Source: a virus
Lineage: Duplodnaviria > Caudoviricetes
Direction: 5' to 3' (one strand)
Virus record (IMG/VR): IMGVR_UViG_3300037722_000690
Span: 1-48,089 of that record
DNA: 48,089 nucleotides
Position numbers and translations under genes: made by a program. This document shows positions 1 through 8,155 of this stretch, in pieces. The notes beneath the pieces are model-generated. The model saw only the letters and a list, made by a program, of their open reading frames with translations, was not told the DNA's origin and searched no databases. Each line of letters opens with the position of its first letter. Position 1 is the stretch's first letter.

Positions 1-1
1 C

Positions 2-2560
2 CCGGACTTCAAACCTTTCCAGAAAATTATCGACAGCGCGGATAACGTCTACATCACCTGGAAGTTGACGGAGTGGCTGCCGATAAAGTTGCATTGGTAT
101 AAGTGGCAGCCGGGATTTGCCCACGACAGGAACTGTTCCTCCTACGACAGCGAGTTCGACGAGTTTTACCAGAACTGTAGCCTGGTCACGGCGGACAACT
201 TCGACAGCGCGGTCAAAGCCATTAGACGTCTCCTGCCCCAGACTGCCTACGTCCCAATCGATATTGAGACGGACGTCCCTGATGAGTCGAGAGAGTGGTT
301 GAAGATTATTGCGGAAAATCTTGGCGGAAAGAAAGCGCCCATACAGGTGGACGTGCTGGAATCAAAGATAGTGGGTATGTCCATCACTATCGGCAACAAC
401 CTCCAGTACACTTACTACTTCTCAATCAATCACGCGGACACAAACAACATCACAACCGAGCAGGCCCGGGACTTGGTTCTCAGTATCGACAAACCAAAGA
501 TTGCCCATAATGCTTCGGGCTTCGAGATACCGGTCTTTTACCTGAACTGGGGCGTCTGGGTACCAGATGTCTACTGCAGCCAGATCGCTGCCGGCTATGT
601 GGATGAAAACAACCCGAAGGGGCTGAAGATGTTGTCCCAGAGATACTTCAACTACAAACAGACTTCCTATAAAGATGTGGTCGGTATTGAGGAGCCGGTG
701 TTGGACGACGCGGGAGAGCCGAAGCTTGACGCTGAGGGCAACGTCGTTAAGGCTTTCCGGCTGCGCGGTATGTCTGAACTCACGGGTGCCGAGACAACCG
801 CTTACGGTTGTGATGACACCATTATGGGCGGACACCTGTTTAACTTTTTCGAATTGGTGATGGACGTCGAGGAAACTTTCAACGCCTACGCCGCTGTCGA
901 GAGCGACGCCATGTACATGACGGCTTCCGCCTTTGTTAACGGAGCCAACATCGATCTGGAAGAGCTGGAGAAAATTAGACAGGAGGATAAAGCAGTTGCC
1001 GAGCAGTCGCAGGAAATTATCGATGCGTATCTGATCAAGATGGGCTGGGAAGGCTCGGTGTTTGTGCCGCTTGCTGACCTGTCTCCGGCAGAAATAAAGC
1101 GGGGCTTTCTGATGATCACCGGGGATGTGCCGTTGGCTACTCGTTTTAGGAAGTTGGACAAGATTGTCGCTGCCATTCTTATTGAGGCGGATGTGATGGC
1201 GTCCGGTGACACAACGGCATTGCTTGAGCAGTATGCGGCTTTTCTTGAGGCTGAGGACGTCGGTGGCGCGAACCAGTTGCTGGCCGATAACTTTGTCCCT
1301 CGAGTGGACTTTAAAGTCAACTCAGTGGTACAGAAAAGAAAGCTCCTCTATGAGGTAATGAACCTGCCTATTCGGTACTTCAATCAAGTAACGGATGCCA
1401 TGCGGGCAGTCGGCCGGGACAAGGGCGACCCAGCCACGGATGAGGACGTACTCAAATGGGCGAAAAAAGACGCGGAAGAGGACGAAGTCAAGGTCATTGA
1501 CGCCTTGATCCGGGTGTCCAACTACAAGACCAGGGAAGGGCTATTCTACAGCTCATATCCCCTGCTTGTGCATTGGAGAACAGGCAAGATTCACCCGTCA
1601 CTTAAGCAGTCGTCCACGACGTCGAGAAGGTTCGCCCCTGCAGGTCCCAATGTGAATCAGCAGCCAAAGAGATCTGAAGAGGGTAAGAAAGTCCGCGGTT
1701 GTATTAAGCCGCACCATGAGGATGCTGTCATCGTCGCTCCGGACTTTTCCGGGCAGGAGCTGCGAGTTGGTGCAGAAGAGACGCAGGATGCGGCGTCGCT
1801 TGCCTGTTTCGTCGGGGACAACCTGAAGGACCAGCACACCATTACCGCCTTTGCTATCTGCCAGAAACAGGATAGGGAATTTGCTACTTACGAGGAACTC
1901 GCTGCCGCTATCGACGACAAAGGCAACGAGCTGTATGCTGTCGCTAAGGAGTACCGCGGGGTCAAGGCCAAGCCCACCAACTTCCTGTCGCAGTACGTAT
2001 CGATAGGGGGCGGGGCGTGGATGTTGGGTAAGAAGTTGCAGATCTCGGAAGAGTTGGCGCAGGAGTTCCTTGATGCCAAGTCTGAGGCGTTCCCCGGTAT
2101 TGACAAGTGGAAGGAAGAGTACGGTGCTCAGATCCAGAGCCAAGGCTATTCAGAGACTTTTCTTGGGGCAAAGAAACACATTATCCCATTGCTAAAGTTC
2201 TCCGACTTCAACCACGTAATCAGATCCGCCTTGAACTTCCGTATCCAAAGCTCGTCGGCAGAGATGACCAAGCTGGTTATGGGCGCTGTATGGCGGGCTG
2301 GGTTGCTGCAGAAGTATGATGTCCGGTTTCACTACCCAGTCCACGATGAGTTGGTTTTCAGCGTTGCAAAGAAAGATCTGCAGGCTTTTGCCCTAGCATT
2401 GAAACCGATCATGCAGCAGCAGTATGCACACATGACTGTCCCTATTGTTTCCGCTTTCAGCGTCGGCCACAACTTCGCCGACCTCGATGAGATTCCATGG
2501 GAAGGCTGTGAAGAATGGTTGGCGAAGCAGGAAGAGCTGGAATTGGCTGATGCGGCTTAA
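2..2560 (+). CDS. polA: Family A DNA polymerase with 3'-5' exonuclease domain; 5' end lies outside the window
   Basis: Exo motifs DIETD, HNASGFE and YGCDD; motif A PDFSGQELR; motif B KPTNFLSQY; motif C VHDEL. The frame is open from base 2 (PDFKPFQKIIDSADNVYITWKL), upstream of the TTG at 65. Confidence 0.93.
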   Translation, partial: PDFKPFQKIIDSADNVYITWKLTEWLPIKLHWYKWQPGFAHDRNCSSYDSEFDEFYQNCSLVTADNFDSAVKAIRRLLPQTAYVPIDIETDVPDESREWLKIIAENLGGKKAPIQVDVLESKIVGMSITIGNNLQYTYYFSINHADTNNITTEQARDLVLSIDKPKIAHNASGFEIPVFYLNWGVWVPDVYCSQIAAGYVDENNPKGLKMLSQRYFNYKQTSYKDVVGIEEPVLDDAGEPKLDAEGNVVKAFRLRGMSELTGAETTAYGCDDTIMGGHLFNFFELVMDVEETFNAYAAVESDAMYMTASAFVNGANIDLEELEKIRQEDKAVAEQSQEIIDAYLIKMGWEGSVFVPLADLSPAEIKRGFLMITGDVPLATRFRKLDKIVAAILIEADVMASGDTTALLEQYAAFLEAEDVGGANQLLADNFVPRVDFKVNSVVQKRKLLYEVMNLPIRYFNQVTDAMRAVGRDKGDPATDEDVLKWAKKDAEEDEVKVIDALIRVSNYKTREGLFYSSYPLLVHWRTGKIHPSLKQSSTTSRRFAPAGPNVNQQPKRSEEGKKVRGCIKPHHEDAVIVAPDFSGQELRVGAEETQDAASLACFVGDNLKDQHTITAFAICQKQDREFATYEELAAAIDDKGNELYAVAKEYRGVKAKPTNFLSQYVSIGGGAWMLGKKLQISEELAQEFLDAKSEAFPGIDKWKEEYGAQIQSQGYSETFLGAKKHIIPLLKFSDFNHVIRSALNFRIQSSSAEMTKLVMGAVWRAGLLQKYDVRFHYPVHDELVFSVAKKDLQAFALALKPIMQQQYAHMTVPIVSAFSVGHNFADLDEIPWEGCEEWLAKQEELELADAA

Positions 2561-2570
2561 AGGGTTTGTT

Positions 2571-2663
2571 GCAGCAGTGGCTAAACTGGTAGCCGTTTTG
2601 GAGTTAGGCGCAAGTATGTTCAACAGATCTCCAAGACTGTAGGTTCGAACCCTGCCTGCTGCA
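2571..2663 (+). ncRNA. tRNA-like RNA with an enlarged anticodon arm and no encoded CCA
   Basis: Acceptor stem GCAGCAG (2571-2577)/CTGCTGC (2656-2662) plus A; D arm GCTA-AACTGG-TAGC; T arm GTAGG-TTCGAAC-CCTGC; central stem GTTTTGGAG/CTCCAAGAC closing a 25-nt loop. Confidence 0.65.
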
Positions 2664-2716
2664 AGAGAAGAAAGTAGTATCGAACCCTGCCTGCTGCAAG
2701 AGAAGAAAGTAGTATC
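2645..2716 (+). repeat. Perfect 35-bp tandem duplication
   Basis: TCGAACCCTGCCTGCTGCAAGAGAAGAAAGTAGTA at 2645-2679 and again at 2680-2714, followed by TC. Confidence 0.97.
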
Positions 2717-3055
2717 AACCAAAGGATGCGCGTATGAAAAGATTCAATAAACTAACTCCTGCTCAAGATGAAAGGCTTGCATTATTGTTGGAAGAGATGG
2801 GAGAGGCCATCCAAGTTATTGGGAAAACCAAGAGACATGGATTTGACAGCGCACACCCCGACAAGCCTGAAATAACCAATAGAATGCTGCTTGAAAAAGA
2901 ATTAGGTCACGTAAGGCACTCGATGATCAGGCTGTGTGAGAGTGGGGATCTATCTGAGACAGAAATACACAAAGCTGCAGGTATGAAGAGAATAAACGTA
3001 TGGCGATATCTGCACCACCAAGACGACTGATACCAACTGATTATATGTCAGAAAG
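2705..3055 (+). mobile_element. Putative gene cassette 1 (left motif, MazG-like gene, right motif)
   Basis: Left GAAAGTAGTATCAACCA at 2705-2721; right GATACCAACTGATTATATGTCAGAAAG at 3029-3055; GAAAG at both ends. The same pair brackets 5298-5559. Confidence 0.55.
2734..3030 (+). CDS. MazG-like all-alpha nucleoside triphosphate pyrophosphohydrolase
   Basis: EEMGE...EKELGH pattern matches the MazG EExxE...ExxD signature, with the final Asp replaced by His; AAGGA RBS. Confidence 0.7.
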   Translation: MKRFNKLTPAQDERLALLLEEMGEAIQVIGKTKRHGFDSAHPDKPEITNRMLLEKELGHVRHSMIRLCESGDLSETEIHKAAGMKRINVWRYLHHQDD

Positions 3056-3074
3056 CTAAATAAGGAGGGAAACA

Positions 3075-3209
3075 ATGGAAACAATGAAATATTTGGGTGG
3101 GGTTATTCAGATTGGATGTGCTATAGCGGTTGGCTACGACTCCTCATGGGTAGCCGGTGTTGTGTTGATTCTGTTCGTTATAGGGCACAACATGGAAAAG
3201 CACACGTAA
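3075..3209 (+). CDS. Small membrane protein (44 aa), not in the ORF track
   Basis: AAGGAGG RBS, then METMKYLGGVIQIGCAIAVGYDSSWVAGVVLILFVIGHNMEKHT and stop; two hydrophobic segments. Confidence 0.65.
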   Translation: METMKYLGGVIQIGCAIAVGYDSSWVAGVVLILFVIGHNMEKHT

Positions 3210-3237
3210 CGGATACTTAATAAGAAGGAGGTCCAAA

Positions 3238-3438
3238 GTGGCCAGTGAAGAACACACGTCCTTTCTACTCCGGAAGATCCCACGGGATCTTTGGGGGCGG
3301 GTAAAGACAAAAGCGTACCAGGAGGGCCTGACGGTCCGGGATTACATTCTCAATGTGTTAACAAAGGAGACAGCAACGTGGCGGGAAAAAAAGACGGCGA
3401 CGGGAAAATCGCCGAAGGAAAATTCACAGAACACTTGA
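3238..3438 (+). CDS. Ribbon-helix-helix (Arc/CopG-like) DNA-binding protein
   Basis: AAGGAGG RBS and GTG start; SFLLRKIPRDLWGRVKTKAYQEGLTVRDYILNVL fits the RHH strand-helix-G-helix pattern. Confidence 0.7.
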   Translation: MASEEHTSFLLRKIPRDLWGRVKTKAYQEGLTVRDYILNVLTKETATWREKKTATGKSPKENSQNT

Positions 3439-3827
3439 AAGAGTTGATGAAAGATAAACTCTGGTGGGGGCATAAACTCCCTGATGCTTCGGTATGCCTC
3501 GGCCGAGTGCCCGCCCAACCAGCGGATTACATGGTTACATACAACGGCTCTCCTATGATGTTGCTCGAATGCAAGGAGAGTAAGAGTGAGACGTCCGTAC
3601 CGGCGTCGCGCTTCACGCAAGTACCTAAAATGACTAGGTTTGTAATGGCAGGGGGCAAAGCCGGGTTTTGTGTCTACTTCCGGTATGCAGTAAAAACTTA
3701 CTGGATCTTTGTCCCTTTAGAAGATGCCAAGGCTATTGATAAGAGCTTGAAAGTCACACCCGACTACAAGCGGTACACGGATATTCAATCATTAATGCAA
3801 GACGTTAAGGAGGAGTTATCTAAATGA
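3378..3827 (+). CDS. RecU/Hjc-like PD-(D/E)XK Holliday junction resolvase
   Basis: GKIAE...PADY...LLECKES motifs. Likely start is the GTG at 3378 after AAGGAG (ORF track starts at 3291). Confidence 0.75.
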   Translation: MAGKKDGDGKIAEGKFTEHLKELMKDKLWWGHKLPDASVCLGRVPAQPADYMVTYNGSPMMLLECKESKSETSVPASRFTQVPKMTRFVMAGGKAGFCVYFRYAVKTYWIFVPLEDAKAIDKSLKVTPDYKRYTDIQSLMQDVKEELSK

Positions 3828-4189
3828 ATAAACAGTCTGTTGAGGAAAAAGACCCCAACGGCATTGATGCTCATTTGCCTGGGGCTAAACTTGACGCCGG
3901 AAAAGTAATGGCTGGAGTACTTAGTGATTTTTCTCTGGCTTTAATCGCGGTGGCTGAGGTTGGGACTTTTGGTGCTAATAAGTACAGTCGTGGGGGCTGG
4001 CAATCAGTCCCGGATGGGGAAGTAAGGTACTTCGACGCGGGGTGGCGACACTTGTTAAAGCGTCGCCATGAGGACTATGACGTGGACTCAGGACTGCTGC
4101 ATGACGCACACCGAGCGTGGAATGTACTGGCTGAATTAGAGTTGAAACTGCGGCGAGAGCAGGAGTCGGCATTAAAGCTGGGGGCATAA
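3824..4189 (+). CDS. dATP/dGTP diphosphohydrolase-domain protein (DUF5664-like)
   Basis: Characteristic GAKLDAGK...VAEVGTFGANKY...W...RYFDAGWRHL...DSGLLHDAHRAWN sequence. Confidence 0.85.
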   Translation: MNKQSVEEKDPNGIDAHLPGAKLDAGKVMAGVLSDFSLALIAVAEVGTFGANKYSRGGWQSVPDGEVRYFDAGWRHLLKRRHEDYDVDSGLLHDAHRAWNVLAELELKLRREQESALKLGA

Positions 4190-4223
4190 GCCACCAAAAA
4201 CTTAGTTTATAAAGGAGAACACC

Positions 4224-4493
4224 ATGAACTACACAAGGGAAATTATTGAAGCAATGTTCGCTGACCACCGAGTCCTGCAGGTCACCTTCATTAAGGAGAA
4301 GGACGGCTCGGAGCGGAAGATGATCTGCACCAAGGACCTCGGCTTGGTGCCTACAGAGAAATGGCCTAAGAGCCCGCCAAAGACTCCGTCCGAAGAGTCC
4401 TGCAACGTCTGGGAGCTTGAGGTGGGCTGGCGCTCCTTCAAGTACAAGAACATTATCGACGTGGTCCCGGGAGAACCCTATGTGGAGGTTTAG
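4224..4493 (+). CDS. WYL_2/DUF2693-like SH3 beta-barrel protein
   Basis: VTFIKEKDGSERKMICT...VWELEVGWRSFK pattern; AAGGAG RBS. Confidence 0.75.
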   Translation: MNYTREIIEAMFADHRVLQVTFIKEKDGSERKMICTKDLGLVPTEKWPKSPPKTPSEESCNVWELEVGWRSFKYKNIIDVVPGEPYVEV

Positions 4494-4827
4494 GCTAAAG
4501 CTGTTGGCGTGGTGGGGCTGGCCTCATGTCATGCTGTGGTTGTGCTGTTTTCTTCTGGCCACGGAAGACTATATGGTTTGGAAGTTGCTGTGGTGCGGTC
4601 TGGTGATAACTCTATTGGCTGCCTTCTGTTGGCCACCTTACCCGAAGAAGCCACTGATCAAGTGGTGGGTAGTGAGCCGAGTTAGGCGAAAAGGCGGGTG
4701 GTCGCCATGGAACGACGAGGCCTGGTCCTTGGACAAGAAAAAGGTATTGAGCTACGTTAAAACTTGTAAGGAAGCGTTCCCTGATGTGGAAATGCGGTTA
4801 GAGGCAAGGGAGGTCATAAATGAGTAA
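4480..4827 (+). CDS. Hypothetical membrane protein
   Basis: ATG at 4480 after GGGAGA, in frame with ORF 4417-4827; two Trp-rich hydrophobic helices; overlaps its neighbours in typical phage fashion. Confidence 0.55.
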   Translation: MWRFRLKLLAWWGWPHVMLWLCCFLLATEDYMVWKLLWCGLVITLLAAFCWPPYPKKPLIKWWVVSRVRRKGGWSPWNDEAWSLDKKKVLSYVKTCKEAFPDVEMRLEAREVINE

Positions 4828-5299
4828 ATGCTCTAATCAGCAATTAACTGTCCTCGCTGCCGTATCCGGGGCTTTGGCCGTGATGTTGGCGCCTGGGAAA
4901 GTATCTCAGGTGGTACGGCGACGGTTCATAGCAGAGACTGAGGACGTGGTCAATGAAACCATATCGATGTGGGAGGCTACGGGTGATGACATCAGGAACT
5001 TCGAGCGCCACATAAAGCCGACGTTTCTCAAGTGGCATTCCTTTATGGAGAGCCAGAAACGGATACGGTTGACAGGTGTCAACCTTGCATGCATGTGTGC
5101 CAGAGTAATCCAAGACCAGCTGGATCGATCTTCTGATCGCCGGAAGAAGTACATGCTGGAAGAGATAGCCAAACGGATCGAGATTATCCATAATTACTTT
5201 GACGCCGAGGGCGACAACTTTGTGGCATATGATGAATCAGCTGTTCTCATGGACTATCTGTATAAGGAAATCGATTGGGAATTCGATTGGCGAAGTTGA
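4820..5299 (+). CDS. Hypothetical protein
   Basis: GGAGG RBS; 159-aa ORF co-directional within the operon. Confidence 0.7.
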   Translation: MSKCSNQQLTVLAAVSGALAVMLAPGKVSQVVRRRFIAETEDVVNETISMWEATGDDIRNFERHIKPTFLKWHSFMESQKRIRLTGVNLACMCARVIQDQLDRSSDRRKKYMLEEIAKRIEIIHNYFDAEGDNFVAYDESAVLMDYLYKEIDWEFDWRS

Positions 5300-5559
5300 A
5301 AGTAGTATCAACCATGGGGGGTGGGAACTAAATGAGCTTAGGTGTACAATTATTTTGGTGCATGTATGTAATTTCTTTTAGCATATTACTTGGCCCGTGT
5401 TTTAGCATTTTTGCTTTTACTTTCCATAGTTTAAGTACCAAAAAGTGTGTATATATGGGAATTGCGTTAGACTTGTTGGCAACAACTATTATAGCTATAA
5501 GCGTAGTAGCATGTAGAGCGTAACAACGCAAGATACTAACTGATAATATGTCAGGAAAG
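5298..5559 (+). mobile_element. Putative gene cassette 2 (left motif, AT-rich membrane-protein gene, right motif)
   Basis: Left GAAAGTAGTATCAACCA at 5298-5314, identical to 2705-2721; right GATACTAACTGATAATATGTCAGGAAAG at 5532-5559; interior visibly AT-richer than the flanks. Confidence 0.55.
5332..5523 (+). CDS. Small two-helix membrane protein (63 aa), cassette cargo
   Basis: G-rich RBS-like stretch; very hydrophobic sequence; fills the space between the two motifs. Confidence 0.5.
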   Translation: MSLGVQLFWCMYVISFSILLGPCFSIFAFTFHSLSTKKCVYMGIALDLLATTIIAISVVACRA

Positions 5560-5570
5560 GAGAAAAATAA

Positions 5571-6602
5571 ATGATAAAAGTAATCAACGATACACACCTT
5601 GATGTGCGCCGTGTCGGCGGCACCACAGAAATCTCTCGGGCGGCCTTGCAGGAGTACACTGTGGAGGAGTTCCGGAAGTTACTGTTTTCTTGTAGCGACG
5701 CGGACCACGTCGTAATCCTTGGCGACCTCTACGACCGCGCCAAAGTCGAGGAGTGGATCTTCTGGCAGGTTTACGAAATGCTGGTTGATTTCTGTGATAC
5801 CAATCCAAGCTGTAAGGTATTGATAGTACGAGGGAATCACGACAGTCGCAGCAAGGACAGGCAGAACATGTGTTCCCTGGAGCTACTCATTAAACTGCTG
5901 GCACACAGAATAACTCCGGTGTTTGAAAAACCCTACACCTTTGAAGACGAGGGCAAAACACACAGGATAATCCCTCATATGTTTAATCAGGAGGAGTTTG
6001 ATCTGGAGTTGTCGAGGTCTAATCACCATGTGGATTTCCTGTACCTGCATGCGAACGTCGACAATCCATGGGCGAACGGAGACCACTCGTTAAATCTCAG
6101 CAGGGAGCAAATCAAGACCCTGCACGACAACGGCGTCACTGTCATTTGTGCTCATGAGCACCAAGCCCGTCGTCCGTTCCAGAATGTTTATGTGATAGGT
6201 AATCAGTTTCCTACATCGATAGCTGACGCCCTCGGGAATAGCCAGAAGAGTTTGCTGGTTATATCCGAAGGTAAAGTCAGTAGAGAAGTTACTTGGTTAG
6301 CCCAGGGCTCGTTCTACGACGTCCCTGTAGAAGCCCTTGACACAGTGCCGACCACAGCGCAGTTTGTCCGGATAAACGGAATTTCCACAAAAGCGGAATT
6401 TTCCAAGACTGTTCAGACCATCGATCAGTTCCGCAAAAAGTCCAATGCCTTTGTTGTCAGCAACGCTGTCGCTGTCATTAACGAGGACCAAAGCATTTCC
6501 GCCGAAGAGGTCACCGGCATTAATGTGATCGAACTGCTTGTCGCTGCTATTCCGGAGAAGTTCCGGGGAAGAGTAGAGATATGCTTAACTGAGGGAGTCT
6601 AA
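5571..6602 (+). CDS. SbcD/Mre11-like metallophosphoesterase nuclease (T5 D12-like)
   Basis: DTH, GDLYD, GNHD, H and AHEH calcineurin-like motifs; lies upstream of an SbcC-like gene. Confidence 0.88.
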   Translation: MIKVINDTHLDVRRVGGTTEISRAALQEYTVEEFRKLLFSCSDADHVVILGDLYDRAKVEEWIFWQVYEMLVDFCDTNPSCKVLIVRGNHDSRSKDRQNMCSLELLIKLLAHRITPVFEKPYTFEDEGKTHRIIPHMFNQEEFDLELSRSNHHVDFLYLHANVDNPWANGDHSLNLSREQIKTLHDNGVTVICAHEHQARRPFQNVYVIGNQFPTSIADALGNSQKSLLVISEGKVSREVTWLAQGSFYDVPVEALDTVPTTAQFVRINGISTKAEFSKTVQTIDQFRKKSNAFVVSNAVAVINEDQSISAEEVTGINVIELLVAAIPEKFRGRVEICLTEGV

Positions 6603-6624
6603 CAAATAAAAGGAGTAATAAATT

Positions 6625-7218
6625 ATGGGATTATTAAATGGTACGGCTAATTTCGTTGAGTTCAAGGTCGGTGGAGGTGAGCTTCCGGATGTATCCGATC
6701 AGTTCATTGAGGAGCGGGTTGAGGCTTGGGGATTTAAAGATATCGACGACACCTACGACGAATATGCTTTCGGCTGGGTCTCGGTCCTTGATATGTTCGA
6801 CAGCAGCTTCGTCCAGCCGGTTAACAACGGCGACTACGTAGTCATGTCCATGCGGGTTGACGAACGCACTGTCCCCGGCGCTGTCCTGAAGAAGGCAGTA
6901 GCCAAGGAAGAGCGTCGAGTAATGCGAGAGAAGCAGGCTCCTCGCTTGAGCCGCGGCGCCAAAATCGATATCAAGGAGCGGGTTAGAGTCGACCTCCTGA
7001 GAAAGGTGGTACCCACCCCTACCGTAGTCGAAGTCTGCTGGGAAGTATCCAAGGGCGTGATTTTCTTCTACTCCACGAATAAGAAAATGCAGGCCATATT
7101 CGAAGACCTGTTCAAGGAAACTTTCGGCCTGGTCGTCAGCCAGGAAGTCCCCTACACTGTCGCTGAGCAGTTTGCTGCGGGTGGGTTGGATAAGGTTACT
7201 GAGTGTCTATTCGTGTAA
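6625..7218 (+). CDS. rdgC: RdgC-like recombination-associated protein (deltaproteobacterial short type)
   Basis: FGWVSV...MRVDERTVPGAVLK...IKERVRVDLLRK...FEDLFKETFGL matches the RdgC N-terminal region as recalled from Desulfobacterota/Myxococcota. Confidence 0.8.
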   Translation: MGLLNGTANFVEFKVGGGELPDVSDQFIEERVEAWGFKDIDDTYDEYAFGWVSVLDMFDSSFVQPVNNGDYVVMSMRVDERTVPGAVLKKAVAKEERRVMREKQAPRLSRGAKIDIKERVRVDLLRKVVPTPTVVEVCWEVSKGVIFFYSTNKKMQAIFEDLFKETFGLVVSQEVPYTVAEQFAAGGLDKVTECLFV

Positions 7219-7254
7219 CCACTAAAATTTAAATAGTATAAGGAGAACCATAAA

Positions 7255-7773
7255 ATGGACTTAGTAGACATCATTGTAGAGAAGAAATTTTTCGGCCAGG
7301 AGTTTCTGACCTGGCTATTCTGGAAGGCGTCCACCGGCGGTGTCGTTACCACTGAGGAGGGCGACGTCCAAGTCGCTTTCGAGAACAAACTCTTGCTCAC
7401 TGATGCGGAAGGAAAAGAGAAAGTAGCCTGTGCAGGGCAAATGGATATGCCCGAAGCTATGGAGGCCCTGCGTTTCGGCAAGAAAGTACAGATGGCGCAG
7501 CTTCGTCTGACAACGGCAGATCAGGAGTTCTCTTTGGCGATCACTGCGGACCTCCTCGAGTTCAAGGGCGTGAAGTTGCCAAAGACCGCGCCATTGGCAG
7601 AACTTCCCGGAGAAGAGCAAGAGGCCGAGGGCTTTATCCTTGAGCGTGTCTATCTGTTTAGAGAACTCAGGGACCGCGTCCACGACCTGCTACAGGCCTT
7701 TACCGTCGTCAGGGCTGGGGATGGGTGGTCTACGGAATTGACCGGGATCAGGGAATGGGTCAAAGCCAAGTAA
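7255..7773 (+). CDS. Conserved partner of the short RdgC (GQEFLTWL family)
   Basis: KKFFGQEFLTWLFWK...EAMEALRFGKKV...ILERVYL, recalled as the gene adjacent to rdgC in deltaproteobacteria. Confidence 0.7.
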   Translation: MDLVDIIVEKKFFGQEFLTWLFWKASTGGVVTTEEGDVQVAFENKLLLTDAEGKEKVACAGQMDMPEAMEALRFGKKVQMAQLRLTTADQEFSLAITADLLEFKGVKLPKTAPLAELPGEEQEAEGFILERVYLFRELRDRVHDLLQAFTVVRAGDGWSTELTGIREWVKAK

Positions 7774-7823
7774 ATAATCAGAGCCAGCCTGAAGCTTGGG
7801 CTGCTAACTTATAGGGATTTACG

Positions 7824-8132
7824 ATGGATAAAGAAGTGTACTATCAGGAAGACGTCGACCAGTGGGTGGCGGAAAATATGGAGCAGGACGCCAATAGCCT
7901 GTTCAACAGCATGCTACCCAAACACAGTGCAAAGTTGGATAAGCTGGATAAAAGAATACGTGATTTGTTGACAGAAATACAAGAGGTTTTCCCGGACGCT
8001 TGTTATTACACAGCTTCTGGAGGTTTTATGCTAGTGCTAGGAAGCACCCATAGCAGCGACCGCAAGAGTGAGGCACAGCAACAGCGATCAGCTTGGGGTG
8101 GTCTAGCCTCAATTGGTGACGGGGACTGGTAA
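7824..8132 (+). CDS. Hypothetical phage protein
   Basis: 102-aa ORF within the operon; FPDACYYTASGGFMLVLG segment. Confidence 0.7.
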   Translation: MDKEVYYQEDVDQWVAENMEQDANSLFNSMLPKHSAKLDKLDKRIRDLLTEIQEVFPDACYYTASGGFMLVLGSTHSSDRKSEAQQQRSAWGGLASIGDGDW

Positions 8133-8155
8133 AAATTTATTAGAGGAGAGATAAA

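Noticed and set aside
5328-5597. 89-aa - strand ORF
   Set aside because: Opposes the operon and overlaps the sbcD start; the + strand 63-aa ORF fits between the motifs better.
7785-7803. Hairpin after the RdgC partner gene
   Set aside because: Short stem with several G-U pairs and no U tract; too weak to call a terminator.
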